A stretch of 64,000 nucleotides of DNA from Azolla caroliniana (lineage: Eukaryota; Plantae; Polypodiophyta). The notes under the pieces are model-generated. The model did no database searches, was not told where the DNA came from, and was given only the letters and a program-made list of their open reading frames with translations. A program made the translations under genes and the position numbers. This document shows positions 48,662 through 61,198 of the stretch, piece after piece (position 1 is the stretch's first letter; each line of letters opens with the position of its first letter). Where the stretch lies: assembly GCA_043228905.1 (NCBI GenBank), contig JBHGNT010000002.1, positions 24,800,001 through 24,864,000 on the forward strand, written 5' to 3'.

Positions 48662-49468
48662 TCAAATGTGAGTGAAATCTGAGTATGGAACTGCTGTCTT
48701 GGATCGATAGCAAGAGGTTGATGATAATGGAGAAGAGGAAGAGGAGAATTGGATATATTTCTCTTTCTAAGGCTATGGGTGGGAGTGAAAGCATTTTTAA
48801 TAATGGTTTTTACATTTGTCTTCTTCTACTTATTAATTATGTACCAATATACAAATTTTACATTTTCCTTATTCCCAATGTACATACCTTTTTATATAAC
48901 AAATTTTATTTTGGTGTGAAGGGGGCATATGCCCCAAGTTATAATGATGAAAAATATTTCTATTGCCCAATTTGAGTTTTATTTCAATTGAATCTCATGC
49001 TTCTTATAAACCCTTCTTTATAAAAGTTTTGCATACGTAATATTGTGACCGACAAACTTGCATGGCGGAAGTTCTAGCCTTGCAAGAACGAGGAATGGAA
49101 CTTTTTTTACGTATACATTTGAGTAGCAGTTTTGTCCAATACTTCGATAGTTGTTTATAATTCATGGTTCATGGTATCATGGTAAAAACGAGGAATGGAA
49201 CTTTATACGACACTTTTTACCAACACTTTTGTAAAACAAAGAATGGCATTGCTATATACTATTTTGAAATGGTAGTTGTGGATGATTGTATGAGTAGGTA
49301 GGTACCAAGGGAAGAGTAAGTGCCATACATAATTAATTGAGAATGAAAACCCCATGTATGCCTTTTGGAAGATTCAACGTATCTTTGTGAAGCTTGTAGT
49401 TGAAATTAGGACAAATCAAATGTTAAACAAATAGTAACTAGATAGATGATACTTCGATGAGAAACTAC

Positions 49469-49990
49469 GTAGAGCAAAAGATGTAATGTAAGACTTGTGG
49501 ATAGACAATTCATAATAATTTGAGACATAGATGATAAAGCAAGTGTTGTTATGTGAGTTGAGATTCCATGTCTATGTTTCCACTTTCCAACGGATAGAAT
49601 CATGACACAGGGTCAATTATTTTACTAAGCTTTGGCCTCAAACATGCATTTGGGTTATTGTACCACATCATAGAGCAAAAGATGTAATGTGAGACTTGTG
49701 GATACACAATTCATAATAATTAGGGTAAATTATTTTACTAAGCTTTGGCCTCAAACATGCATTTGGGTTATTGTACCACATCGTAGAGCAAAAGATGTAA
49801 TGTGAGACTTGTGGATAGACAATTCATAATAATTTGAGACGTAGATGATAAAGCAAGTGTGTTATGTGAGTTGAGATTCCAAGTCTATGTTTCCACTTTT
49901 CAATGGATAGAATCATGACACATAGGGTGAATTATTTTACTAACCTTAAACCCAATCAAACATGCATTTGGGTTATTGTACCCCTGATAG
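49469..49990. repeat. Tandem repeat, ~200-bp unit, three copies (middle copy internally deleted)
   Basis: AGAGCAAAAGATGTAATGT...CAAACATGCATTTGGGTTATTGTACC starts at ~49471, ~49672 and ~49785. Confidence 0.88.
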
Positions 49991-50299
49991 AAAGCAATAT
50001 CGAAACAGCAAGAAGCGAACCATGGTAAGACTTGATGGAACAAGTTGATACAAATGTAGATTTTGGATTGTGATGCATGCAAGCGAGTGAGACACTAATC
50101 AGTCACATCACGTCACTGGCATGCCTCGTTGACCAGGCCATTTTTCACATTTTCATTAGGGTCCAATTGGGTGTGCTAGAGATGTCCAATGAATTGTGCT
50201 CCTTTTGTCATCCTCCCCCCCCCCCCCCCCTTCCATGTAGGCACAACTCAATAATGTCAAGCATGCCGACCACTTGATGTTTCATAAGGTGCCAAGCAT

Positions 50300-50344
<45 letters not shown>

Positions 50345-50443
50345 AACTAAAATGTCTCGAAAATATCTAGTACATCCTCTCTCTCTCTCTCTCTCCGTGT
50401 CCACTTTGTCCACCATATACATACATACACACATAGTATGAAC

Positions 50444-50927
50444 CATAGTACGTAAAATTCGTGTTTGACTGGCATAACATTTGTTTTCCTACATTGGAAA
50501 ACGAATGCGGATGTTATTCAACCACTCTTGTGTTTTTTTTTTTGTTTTTTCCATTTTTGGGGCTTATTTACCTCATAATAAATAGTTAATCCAAAAGTAT
50601 GGTATTTATCATTCTTTGAGGGTGTTTTTCTTACGTGATTGAAACATTTATACTATGGTATGAACCGTATGTACCATACGTACATGCGCATTCGAGAATG
50701 GTTCCATCATTCGAGTATGGTAAACACCCACAAAGTATGGTAAATACTATACTTTTGTATTCATTATTTATTATAAGGTCAATTTTTATTTTAAGGTAAG
50801 AAAGTTAAGTAAAAAGTGTGAAAAAAAACATAAGAATGTTTTTGATAACATATGCATTCGATTGCATTCGTATGAAAAAAAGAATGTTTGCCAATGCATT
50901 CGAGTATATTACTTAGTACGTACTATG
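50444..50927. mobile_element. Foldback/MITE-like imperfect inverted repeat
   Basis: Termini CATAGTACGTA / TACGTACTATG. Inner arms CAAAAGTATGGTATTTATCATTCTTTGAGGGTGTTT / AAACACCCACAAAGTATGGTAAATACTATACTTTTG, plus further paired blocks. Confidence 0.72.
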
Positions 50928-51116
50928 ATGATACACTGCTTTGATCGAAAGATATTTTTCTTCATCTAACTCAGCACTCTCTCTCTACTATTTAGAATCC
51001 AAATCACATACATACATAATAGGAAGAAGGAAGAGTGCGTTCTTTCTATTCTTCTTCTTCTTCTTTTTCTTTTTCTTCTTCTTCGTTCTCCTCTGTTTTT
51101 CCTCTGCTCTGCCGCC

Positions 51117-53921
51117 ATGGCAACTTCTCTGCTAATCCCACCTTCAAGAGAATCTACTTCTCCCCTCATCTCTGTAAGCGACATCAGAAAACCCATCATG
51201 GCGAAGAAAAGATTTGTCGCATCTCTACGAAACCGGCAGAACATCATCCAAGTAAGTTCTTTCTCATCACTTCACCTCTCTTCGTCTTCGGCTTCTTCCT
51301 CGTATTCTTCTTCTTCGAGACTCTTTCATACCTCCGTGGTCAAATCTCTTTCTGTACCAAGCGGCCGAACCCGAAGAAGAGGTAGAGGTGTGATTGTGGC
51401 GATGTTCGAAAGATTCACTGAGAAAGCGATCAAAGTGATCATGCTAGCACAAGAAGAAGCGCGGAGACTTGGCCACAACTTTGTCGGCACCGAACAAGTC
51501 CTCCTTGGCCTCATCGGAGAAGGCACAGGAATCGCTGCCAAAGTGTTAAAGTCAATGGGTGTGAATCTAAAAGAGGCAAGAATCGAGGTCGAGAAGATCA
51601 TAGGCAGAGGATCGGGATTTGTTGCTGTCGAGATCCCTTTCACACCACGGGCCAAACGTGTCCTCGAGCTTTCCTTGGAAGAAGCCCGTCAACTTGGGCA
51701 TAATTACATCGGGTCCGAGCATCTATTGCTAGGGTTGTTAAGGGAAGGAGAAGGGGTGGCAGCACGTGTGCTAGAAAACCTTGGTGCAGACCCAACAAAT
51801 ATTCGCACACAAGTTATAAGAATGGTTGGGGAGAATACTGAAGCTGTGGGTGCAGGTGTTGGTGGAGGAGGAAATAGTAATGTGAAAACGCCAACTTTAG
51901 AGGAGTTTGGAACAAATCTCACCAAGTTAGCCGAGGAAGGGAAACTAGACCCTGTTGTCGGTAGACAACCTCAAATAGAGAGGGTCACACAAATCTTAGG
52001 ACGCCGAACAAAGAATAATCCATGTCTTATTGGTGAACCCGGAGTCGGAAAAACTGCCATCGCTGAAGGGTTAGCACAACGTATTGCGACTGGTGATGTT
52101 CCTGAGACGATTGAAGGTAAGAAAGTTGTTACCTTAGATATGGGTCTTCTCGTGGCGGGCACTAAATATAGGGGCGAATTCGAAGAGAGGCTAAAAAAGC
52201 TCATGGAAGAGATCAAGCAAGCGGATGATATAATCCTGTTTATCGATGAAGTTCATACCTTGATTGGGGCAGGGGCAGCAGAGGGTGCCATCGATGCAGC
52301 CAATATATTAAAACCCGCTTTAGCACGAGGTGAGCTTCAATGCATAGGAGCAACTACTCTCGATGAGTATCGGAAACATGTTGAAAAAGATCCCGCCTTA
52401 GAGAGACGTTTCCAACCGGTCCTGGTTCCGGAACCCAGTGTCGACGAGACCATACAAATCTTACAAGGTCTCCGTGAACGATATGAGATCCATCACAAGC
52501 TCCGGTACACTGATGAATCCCTAGTAGCTGCTGCCCATCTCTCTCATCAATATATCAGTGATAGGTTTCTTCCTGATAAGGCCATTGATTTGATCGATGA
52601 GGCAGGGTCTCGTGTTCGATTACGTCATGCTCAACTCCCCGAAGAGGCAAAAGAGCTCGAAAAGGAACTTAGGCAAATCACTAAAGAGAAAAATGATGCG
52701 GTGAGAGGGCAAGACTTTGAGAAAGCTGGGCAACTCCGTGATCGCGAGATGGAATTAAAAGCACAAGTATCAGCAATTGCTGAGAAAGGGAAAGAGAAGT
52801 CAAAGGCCGAGATAGAGTCGATGTCGGCCGACAGTGCAGGTCCCCTCGTCACCGAATCCGATATCCAACAGATTGTGTCAGCATGGACTGGGATACCTGT
52901 TGAGAAGGTATCAGTAGATGAGTCAAGTCGCTTATTGAAGATGGAAGAAACACTGCACAAAAGGGTGATTGGTCAAGATGAGGCCGTGAAGGCAATAAGC
53001 CGAGCGATTCGGCGTGCTCGTGTTGGATTAAAAAACCCTAATAGGCCCATTGCGAGCTTTATTTTCTCGGGTCCAACTGGTGTCGGGAAATCCGAATTAG
53101 CCAAAGCTTTGGCTGCTTACTATTTCGGCTCCGAAGAAGCTATGGTGAGGCTTGACATGAGTGAATTCATGGAAAGACACACGGTTTCTAAGCTCATTGG
53201 ATCACCACCAGGTTACGTGGGCTACACAGAAGGCGGCCAGTTGACAGAAGCTGTAAGACGTCGACCCTATACAGTGGTTCTATTTGATGAGATTGAGAAA
53301 GCTCATCCCGATGTTTTTAACATGATGTTGCAAATCCTGGAAGATGGTAGGCTCACCGATAGCAAGGGAAGAACTGTGGATTTCAAGAATACCTTATTGA
53401 TCATGACTTCAAATGTAGGGAGTAGTGTGATCGAAAAGGGTGGTGGTGGCATTGGATTCCAACTTGAATATGGAGAGAAAGACAGTAGCTACAATAGGAT
53501 CAAGAGCCTTGTGAATGAAGAGCTCAAACAATATTTCCGGCCTGAGTTTTTGAATAGACTTGATGAGATCATTGTGTTTAGGCAATTGACAAAGGTTGAG
53601 GTGAAAGACATAGCCGAAATCATGCTTAAGGAGGTGTTTGAGAGGCTAAAGAAGAAAGATATCGAGTTACAAGTCACTGAAAGGTTCAAGGATAGGATAG
53701 TCGATGAAGGATATAGTCCAAGCTATGGTGCAAGGCCATTGAGAAGGGCAATTATGAGGCTATTAGAAGATAGTATGGCGGAGCGAATGCTTGGAGGTGA
53801 GGTTAAAGAAGGTGATTCAGCCATAATTGATGTGGATTCAGAAGGGAATGTGACAGTACTCAACGGTACCACTGGAACATCTTCTAGTGCAACTGTGGAA
53901 GCTCCAGCTGGTATTTCTTAA
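51117..53921 (+). CDS. clpC: Chloroplast Clp protease ATPase subunit ClpC (Hsp93), intronless, 934 aa
   Basis: Ser-rich transit peptide, [31 protein letters not shown] Clp-N repeats, Walker A motifs GEPGVGKT and [11 protein letters not shown] domain, GYVG pore loop, IGF loop and GARPLRR. Confidence 0.97.
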   Translation: MATSLLIPPSRESTSPLISVSDIRKPIMAKKRFVASLRNRQNIIQVSSFSSLHLSSSSASSSYSSSSRLFHTSVVKSLSVPSGRTRRRGRGVIVAMFERFTEKAIKVIMLAQEEARRLGHNFVGTEQVLLGLIGEGTGIAAKVLKSMGVNLKEARIEVEKIIGRGSGFVAVEIPFTPRAKRVLELSLEEARQLGHNYIGSEHLLLGLLREGEGVAARVLENLGADPTNIRTQVIRMVGENTEAVGAGVGGGGNSNVKTPTLEEFGTNLTKLAEEGKLDPVVGRQPQIERVTQILGRRTKNNPCLIGEPGVGKTAIAEGLAQRIATGDVPETIEGKKVVTLDMGLLVAGTKYRGEFEERLKKLMEEIKQADDIILFIDEVHTLIGAGAAEGAIDAANILKPALARGELQCIGATTLDEYRKHVEKDPALERRFQPVLVPEPSVDETIQILQGLRERYEIHHKLRYTDESLVAAAHLSHQYISDRFLPDKAIDLIDEAGSRVRLRHAQLPEEAKELEKELRQITKEKNDAVRGQDFEKAGQLRDREMELKAQVSAIAEKGKEKSKAEIESMSADSAGPLVTESDIQQIVSAWTGIPVEKVSVDESSRLLKMEETLHKRVIGQDEAVKAISRAIRRARVGLKNPNRPIASFIFSGPTGVGKSELAKALAAYYFGSEEAMVRLDMSEFMERHTVSKLIGSPPGYVGYTEGGQLTEAVRRRPYTVVLFDEIEKAHPDVFNMMLQILEDGRLTDSKGRTVDFKNTLLIMTSNVGSSVIEKGGGGIGFQLEYGEKDSSYNRIKSLVNEELKQYFRPEFLNRLDEIIVFRQLTKVEVKDIAEIMLKEVFERLKKKDIELQVTERFKDRIVDEGYSPSYGARPLRRAIMRLLEDSMAERMLGGEVKEGDSAIIDVDSEGNVTVLNGTTGTSSSATVEAPAGIS

Positions 53922-55463
53922 AGTATAGACATAATTTCGATTATTGCTAGAGATCTGTCATATTCGGATTGTAATATATTTATAGATTTGTATATATATA
54001 ATGTATGTATGTATGTCTGTAGCTTGTGTATATAAAAGCCGTATACCACTAAGGAGGGGCTCCTTAGTGTAAATGTTTATAAAAAAACATAGAAATTCTA
54101 AATGTTCAAATTCCAGAATTATATATATAGATGATATTCTATTGGATTGCTTATTATGATTGGGTGATATTTTGGAAACAGAATTGAAGTGTTAATCATT
54201 GTGGATGACTTCGAAACATGCTTGGTTTGTTGAATCAAGTTAAGAGGATCATAATGGGGATGAGAGACATGGGGGAGGTATAACACATAGTACATGTTAG
54301 AATAAAGGGACCAGAAAAAGAAATTGGCGGTGAATTTTAGATGTTTGAACCTTATAAAGTCTTCACACTGAGTCTCTCGGGTTTGTCCTGGCCTTGATAT
54401 TCTTTTTTCCTTTATATTGAATTAAGTTTTGTACATATTTTGAGCACATTGTTTTAAACATTTCAAGTGTTACCTTCAAATCTTAGTTTGGGAATTGCAA
54501 TGAAGTTTATAACTGCGAGAGTCATGCATGGTGATGGCATGTGAAAATGGATGATGGTTTTAAGCATACAAAAGTTCTATAGAACTGACAAATTATGTAA
54601 CCAAGAAAAATTATATTGATGGTATGTTTGCCTGCGTACATACATAAGTATTGCAATGAATTTACGCTCACATATATAACTATGTACATAAATAACTTAA
54701 TAAGTATAATGTACGCATGCTCACATCAATAACTATTCTTCCATACTTGTAAGAGCATTAACAAATCATATCAATCATGTTGATTACATGCAATACTAAA
54801 TCATGGACAAGAATAGTGCTAATAAATCATTGGGATGGCACAATTTTCCTTGCAAGTATAACATTTTTATTATTCTTTCATTATTTGTTTTAGCCACAAT
54901 TTTCCTTGTAACTATAGTCTATAACATGTTCTTATTCTTTCAATATTTGTTATTGACACCATTGTCCTGATAATTAGAACGCCTAACATGAGATGCATTA
55001 TATCAACCCAAGAATCAGCTCCATTTTTTCATTTATAATGTGAATTACGTAGGTAGTTCCAAACATGGTGTTCCAATCTTCCAAGCAAATAATCTCCTAA
55101 TTAATGAGGATAACAAGTGAATGCACACTAATGAATAAAAAAACTGAAGATGCAATACAGCCTTTTTTATTAAATGACAACGTCATTGAAAATGCAGGAT
55201 TGGGGAAAGTGTCCATTTACAATCAACGCTTGCCTATACTAATTTAGAGAAATCTTCCTTTAGTACCTCTCATCTTTCTTTTGTTTCTCTTTCTTTTGAC
55301 TGTCAGGGTTCTGCAGTACCATTTTTTGATACAACAGAAGCCTCTGCAAAAGAAAATACATGAAAAGATACAAATAGCAACCAACGTTGAAATGCAACTT
55401 TTATAACACCGGCTGTGTTTCCCCATTGCATAAACCATGTTTCTTCCATACATTTATTAGCCA

Positions 55464-58360
55464 TTATTTCTCAGTATATATGGCAATTTGTGGAACGATG
55501 ACACTGCCCATCCATAGTTTTCCATCATGTTCTTCAACTTCGCTAACCAATCTTACCACTTTTCCCTCTCGATCTTCCAGAACCTCGACAAGAACACCAT
55601 CTTGACTGAGTCTAATCACCATTCCCTTGGCTAACATCCTTGAAATTTTCGTGTATACACTAGTCAAGGATATGGGTAGTTTTAGCAATGCTGCCCGGAT
55701 CCATAATGGCGAGTTTAATAAAATATTTGGTTTTGCATGGATAGCAACAAAGAAATCTCCATTCTTCACACGTCGAACATTATCTGGATATCCTGGCATT
55801 GAACTAAAAAGCTCCAATTCCCCTTTTCTTGGGCCCTTCAACCAATACCGCATGATGCTGCAAAAGATTAACACTTTAGGATCACTAGCAACAAGTGCAA
55901 ACAACGAGATAGAGAAGAAAAGAGAGAAGCAAACCGGCGAGTGAGCGTCTCCGACATCACCAAGTAGGAATTGTCTTGGCTGATTGCAATGCCATTAGGG
56001 AACTGAAGGCCATGTAAAAGCACTTTCGTCTCACCAGTTGAAGGATTAAATCTAAGAAGCCTACCACTTTTATCTCCGCCAACAAACATAGTTACGAAGT
56101 CTCTGCAAATAAAACCATACATCCATATAACTAGTACATATAAATCAATGGCCCAAGGTATACAATCAAGTAGATGGTTTTCATTGCTTGCTCTTTAAGC
56201 CATAATATTATGTTCATCGTACAAATAATTCATATTTTGACTCTTGATATCACCTACATTTATCACAATTCAAGAAGATAATAATCAATCATCCAACATT
56301 GGTCGGGGAAATATAATTACAATGCAATGCTAGGTAAATGTTTGAAAAAATCGCATAAGCACATTACCATTGGAAATATAAGAATTTGGCTCTTACATCT
56401 TTGCTTTGCACAACGTTGAAATGATAGCATTGCAAAACGTTTGATGCTTACCTTCTATGATACTTGGAGCTACTGTCGGTGAAATAGACGAAGCCATCAT
56501 CATCAAATTCAACGTCATTTGTAAATGCAAGAGGAATACCTTCAGCCTCTGTTACTATAACCTTAGCCAAACCGCCCTCAGCACCGACAACGCATAGACC
56601 ATAGTATGCATCAGCAACATATAAGTCTCCTTTCTTATCAAACCTCATCCCCAAAGGCCTTCCACATATGTGCTCAAGCTCAATCTTCAGAGAAGGAGGT
56701 GATCCAGGATTGCAAATTGAAGAGCTGCTCACAGACAAAAGAACCAGTTAGGACTACTTTTTGCACAAAATAAAAAAGCAGTACTTCAAGGATTATCAAA
56801 TATCACAGAAAAGTTCAGCTCAATTCTCAATTTGTTTTTCAATCACATGCCTGGTAGAATATGTGTTTGCCATTTATCTCTATTGTGCACAAGCAGGGAA
56901 AGAAAGAACAAAGACCATTTATGCAAACATGTGGTCAGAACTATTTATCATTATTCACTGATCATTGATCAAAAGGTTAATATACACCTTAGCATTATCA
57001 AATTAAAAGTTCAACTTAAAAATATAGAGAAAAAAAGTTAATGAGAAAATAAAACATGTCGATATAAAAGACAATATTCGTGTTTGAAGAAAAGTAAAAA
57101 TGCATTCACACTGCTTTCTAGACAATCAAGTCTGAGAAACCTGATTTTAAATAGTTAATTTATTCCACACGGAAAATAGATTTTTGCCTTTAATGTATTA
57201 AAAATTGGCTTGAAATTTAATGGCAACATAATCGAGCTTTTCTAGTAAGGAGCTAATTCATCCATTGCTGATTCTTATTTAGTTTAATTGTGTATTCATT
57301 GAATTGTTGAGAGATCTAATTCACATAAAATTGTGCTTCAATTCATCAAAACGTCACAAACTTTTATTATTATCCCAAAGCAGATGTGACTCAGTCAAAT
57401 GTGAGGGAGGATTGCCTAAGAACCATCGAATATTAGATAATGGAAATTAGCGAACGTAATCTAAAGTTCTATGTGTCAATTTTCTGTCTTTGTAAATTGC
57501 TACTATATTCTGTTAATGGAGGGCTTTTAGATTGGATTTTGGAAATAAAGTTATGGTGTCATCATCTTTTCATCACACGGTGTGTATAGTGGGTAAACCA
57601 AGCCAAACTTATGGCTTATGACAGTGAATGTGAGGTGGTTAATTAGGGTAAGGGTTAGACTGATTGCACTGCTGGCATTTGCTTTCACTGAAATCAAGTG
57701 CAAAAGGGAGGAAAGAACAGGAGAGAGGGATTTTTTAGGTTTTCTTCTAATTTTCTATCAATAGGGTAGGATTTTTTCAGTTCAAAAGCAATCTTGCTGC
57801 CAATGATTTTATCCGTCTCTATTTCTCTAATTTCGGCAATACAATCAACAATCCCACGTCTAATGTTTGTCTAATTCATCGTTTAATTTCCACCAAACGA
57901 GTGTAATTTTCCCTCTCATTTCTCCTATTGTCTCTTAGTTAAAAACCTTAGCAACTCAACCCCACCTCTGGCCCCAGCTGACATGCACACACAGATCCGC
58001 ACAAGAAGAATAACAAGGATCGAAGAGAGAAACGTAAAGGGAATACAAAACTGGAAAAACTGACCGATTGGGAGATGTGTGGGCAAACTCCGTCCATCCT
58101 TTTTCCTGCCCATCCCATCGCATGATCCGTCCATCAGCGATGCCTGTGTACGGACCGCGGCCCTCGCGATCGAACGCGAGACTCTCAGGTCCGATGAAAT
58201 CAGGTGTGGAAAGGATCTGTGAGCGTTGGAGCTTATTCTCCATGTCCATAGGGATCTGATCATGTAGTGGAGGTTGAGGAGGTACAAGGACCCATCTCAC
58301 AAATAAAGCCAGGGTAGCTGCTACCAAGACCCACCTCAGCCTCCATGCCTCCAAGGCCAT
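55464..58360 (-). CDS. Strictosidine synthase-like / Ca-dependent phosphotriesterase (APMAP-like) protein, complement join(55464..55857,55935..56102,56452..56724,58065..58360), 376 aa
   Basis: N-terminal signal anchor, with GPESLAFD, EHICGRPLGMRF, YFTDSSSKY, LQFPNG, PGYPDN and VSEVEEHDGKLWMGSV motifs. All three GT-AG introns keep the frame. Confidence 0.92.
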
Positions 58361-59708
58361 GGCTTCTGTCTTCTTTAACTCGTCAGGACGCAGTACCTGT
58401 TTCTGCTATCCTTCAGAGCTTACTACCTTGGACAGCTGAAAAGAGAGAAGTGTACTCCTGTGTGGGTGTGGGGACTAGACTCTGTTCCTTCCTTTTTCTT
58501 GTTTAATAGACACACTTTGAACTTGGAAGGTATGTTATGTATGTAGGAAGAAAAGGAACCTCATGAAAACCTCCTCATTTTGGTGGTGTTCACTGTTCAT
58601 CTCTTACCCCCTAAGGGCTCATTCACATAGGTCCCCATTCCTCGACTCTGTCCTGTCCGGCCCTTCGGCTTCTCCCTGCTCCTGCATATTCTATGGCCTT
58701 TCTTCTGGCTCCTCTCCGTAAGTAAACCCGCATGCGTTTTCCTTGCCCACAACATGATAGAAAGAGCCACTAAAAGGACATGTGTATTCTATTCTTTCGT
58801 GATCCTACCTTGTGAATTTTATCTACTTCTGTTTTTCCCCCAAGAAGGATACTACATTAGTATTTGGAATACGCCCTAAGGCTATCTTTACATGAAATAT
58901 GTACATTTAGGTAATGACCCCACATGCTTAGTTCTAATTGTCGACTTAAAATAAATACTTCGGTGTAGAATCCGCCTATAAAATATTCCTTCCCCCCCCC
59001 CCCCCCCCCCGCCCATATGGCATGAAACTCCAATTGTTATAACTTTGCTCGTTGCATATTACCTTTTATGTTATGTTATCTAAAAACCCTTTGAGATTTT
59101 TGGAAAAAAAAAAAACAACCTTTGATCTTATGCACAATCTCTATGTAAATCCCTTACATTATTTGGGTAGTAGGTATTTCGGTCACATTTTGGAAAACCT
59201 TCAAATATCTAGCCCTCCAAATATACCAAATTGTGATACTACTTACCAATTGCCTTAAGTTTATCAGACTCTATTTATGGATTCAGTGATATAATTGTTT
59301 TTTGCATTAGACCATGTCCCATAGCAAGAGAATCTTCAAGTTCAACATTCTCTTGTTATCATATATCATTGGTTTATCTTGTACCATCGCCCATAATATT
59401 GCTCCCCATGTATACATTGCTTTATATATTGGTATATGTCACGATTCTTTTCCATATTTCCATCACAAAGTCACAACTCCACTGACAATGCTTAGTAGTC
59501 TCCACTAGATTTGTACAAAAAAGGGCACATATTGTTTGCATTTACCCCTTTTTGTCAATTTTATCTACTTCCTCTAAAGAAATCTCAACAAAAGTTTGCT
59601 TGAGATGTAGTCATTTTTTGACATTGTATCACGATATTTGATCTGCCTTAGTTTGTAATTAAGTGTAAACAATGTGTATATAGAATTGTCTTTTTCAAAA
59701 TGCCCTAA

Positions 59709-59792
59709 GAGTTGTTTTACATGGCTTTAAAGGGAAAGATAGGAGTTGTTTTACATGGCTTTAAAAGATAAAGATAGAAGTCATTTTACATA
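59709..59792. repeat. 34-bp tandem repeat (~2.5 copies)
   Basis: GAGTTGTTTTACATGGCTTTAAA....AAGATAG is repeated. Confidence 0.8.
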
Positions 59793-60606
59793 CCTTATGT
59801 GATTTTGAAAGAAACAACAATCATGCATAGTTTTATCTTTTACCCTTCTTCGTGAGTCATATTATGCAACTTCAAAATATAATAGTAAGAGCATTTAAAT
59901 TACGCATGCCTTCGATGAAAGGTAATTGTAATTGTAAGGCCTAGTGACTTGTAAGGACGAGGATGAGTTGTCTAATGATTGTGTCTCCAGAAGTAGTTGT
60001 GAGATGCAAATAACTCTTTGAGTGAGGGATTAAATTTCATACCATTTCAAAAGTATGCATTTGCAAAATTAGTCATGTAAAGAAGCATGCACCAAACTTC
60101 TTTAATTAGAATAGCTTATGGAAGTACAAAAGCACTAGTTGCAACTTGATATTGTGCTTAAAATTACAATGGGCTTTTTCATTCATCCACGATTGCCTAT
60201 CATAAATGTTTAGTACATAATGCAACAAACCAATATCCAAATTTCCAATAATGATAGTATAGAGTGCTCATGAACATCAATCCACCAATTACTTACACAA
60301 TCGATCGTAGAGGTCAAGCACATGACCTCGTTTTTACTCAACAACCTTACCAGATGATGTCAATTGTAACATAATTATTTCTAAATGGACTCCTATGCGC
60401 TACAAGGATATGTCGTTTTCTCCCATCTCCTCTCTTTGATAACACAAATTTTATATATGTACTTTACACATAAAGAAACAATGAGGGACACATAAGACTA
60501 GAACAAAAATAGATAGATCAATTTTATTATCATCATTGGAAGATAAATATGACCTATCAATAATGAAACATAAAATATAACATTTTCATGTACAACATGT
60601 GAAAAT

Positions 60607-60980
60607 GAGTAGCAACTCTCAATGTTCAAGAACTTACTAATGAATTTCGCAATTGAGAATGTACACAATGATTGTGAGATAAAATCTTGTGCGGTTGGGT
60701 TAGGTAAAAAATGTGTGGAAAACATAGTTGAATGTGATTAAAGCCAAAGCATTGGTATCAAATTGTGATATTTAGACTCCTACACTTGTTTGGGAAAAAT
60801 ATACATTTTTTACTAGTCTCAGTCCTCTGAGGAAGACAACAGGATGGGTTCATGCTCTTTTTTTATAGGTCTTGTCTCACCTTGAAGAGAGTGTGAACTA
60901 TAATATGCATGGAACCAATTTTTGGAATGGAAGACAATAGGATGGGATGTAGCATGTATCAACGTGTGTGGTTTCCCATG
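60607..60980. repeat. Old dispersed repeat, homologous to 42847-43200
   Basis: Same collinear blocks in the same orientation. Confidence 0.65.
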
Positions 60981-61198
60981 TCATGACTCTTGATACATTA
61001 GCATTGCAAGAAGACCTCGTTCAAAGACAAACATATATGATGCATCATGAAGCCACTATATTGATAAATGGATGGATGGATACCACCTATGTTTGCTTGA
61101 GAATAACTTTTGAACCACCCACATGTGACATCCATAGCAGGTGTTTTTTTATGTCATGTTACTAGCTTCCATAGTCACTATTACATTAGTATAATCAT

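Noticed and set aside
51117-53921. clpC as a bacterial or plastid-derived horizontal transfer
   Set aside because: It has a typical Ser-rich transit peptide and plant-type N- and C-terminal sequence. Lack of introns alone is not evidence.
50821-54091. AAAAAAACATA on both sides of clpC as a retrocopy TSD
   Set aside because: It is low complexity, and the left copy lies inside the foldback element arm.
45327-59010. Poly-C runs (45327, 50214, 58992) and GA or TATG microsatellites as regulatory elements
   Set aside because: These are common simple repeats with no supporting evidence of function.
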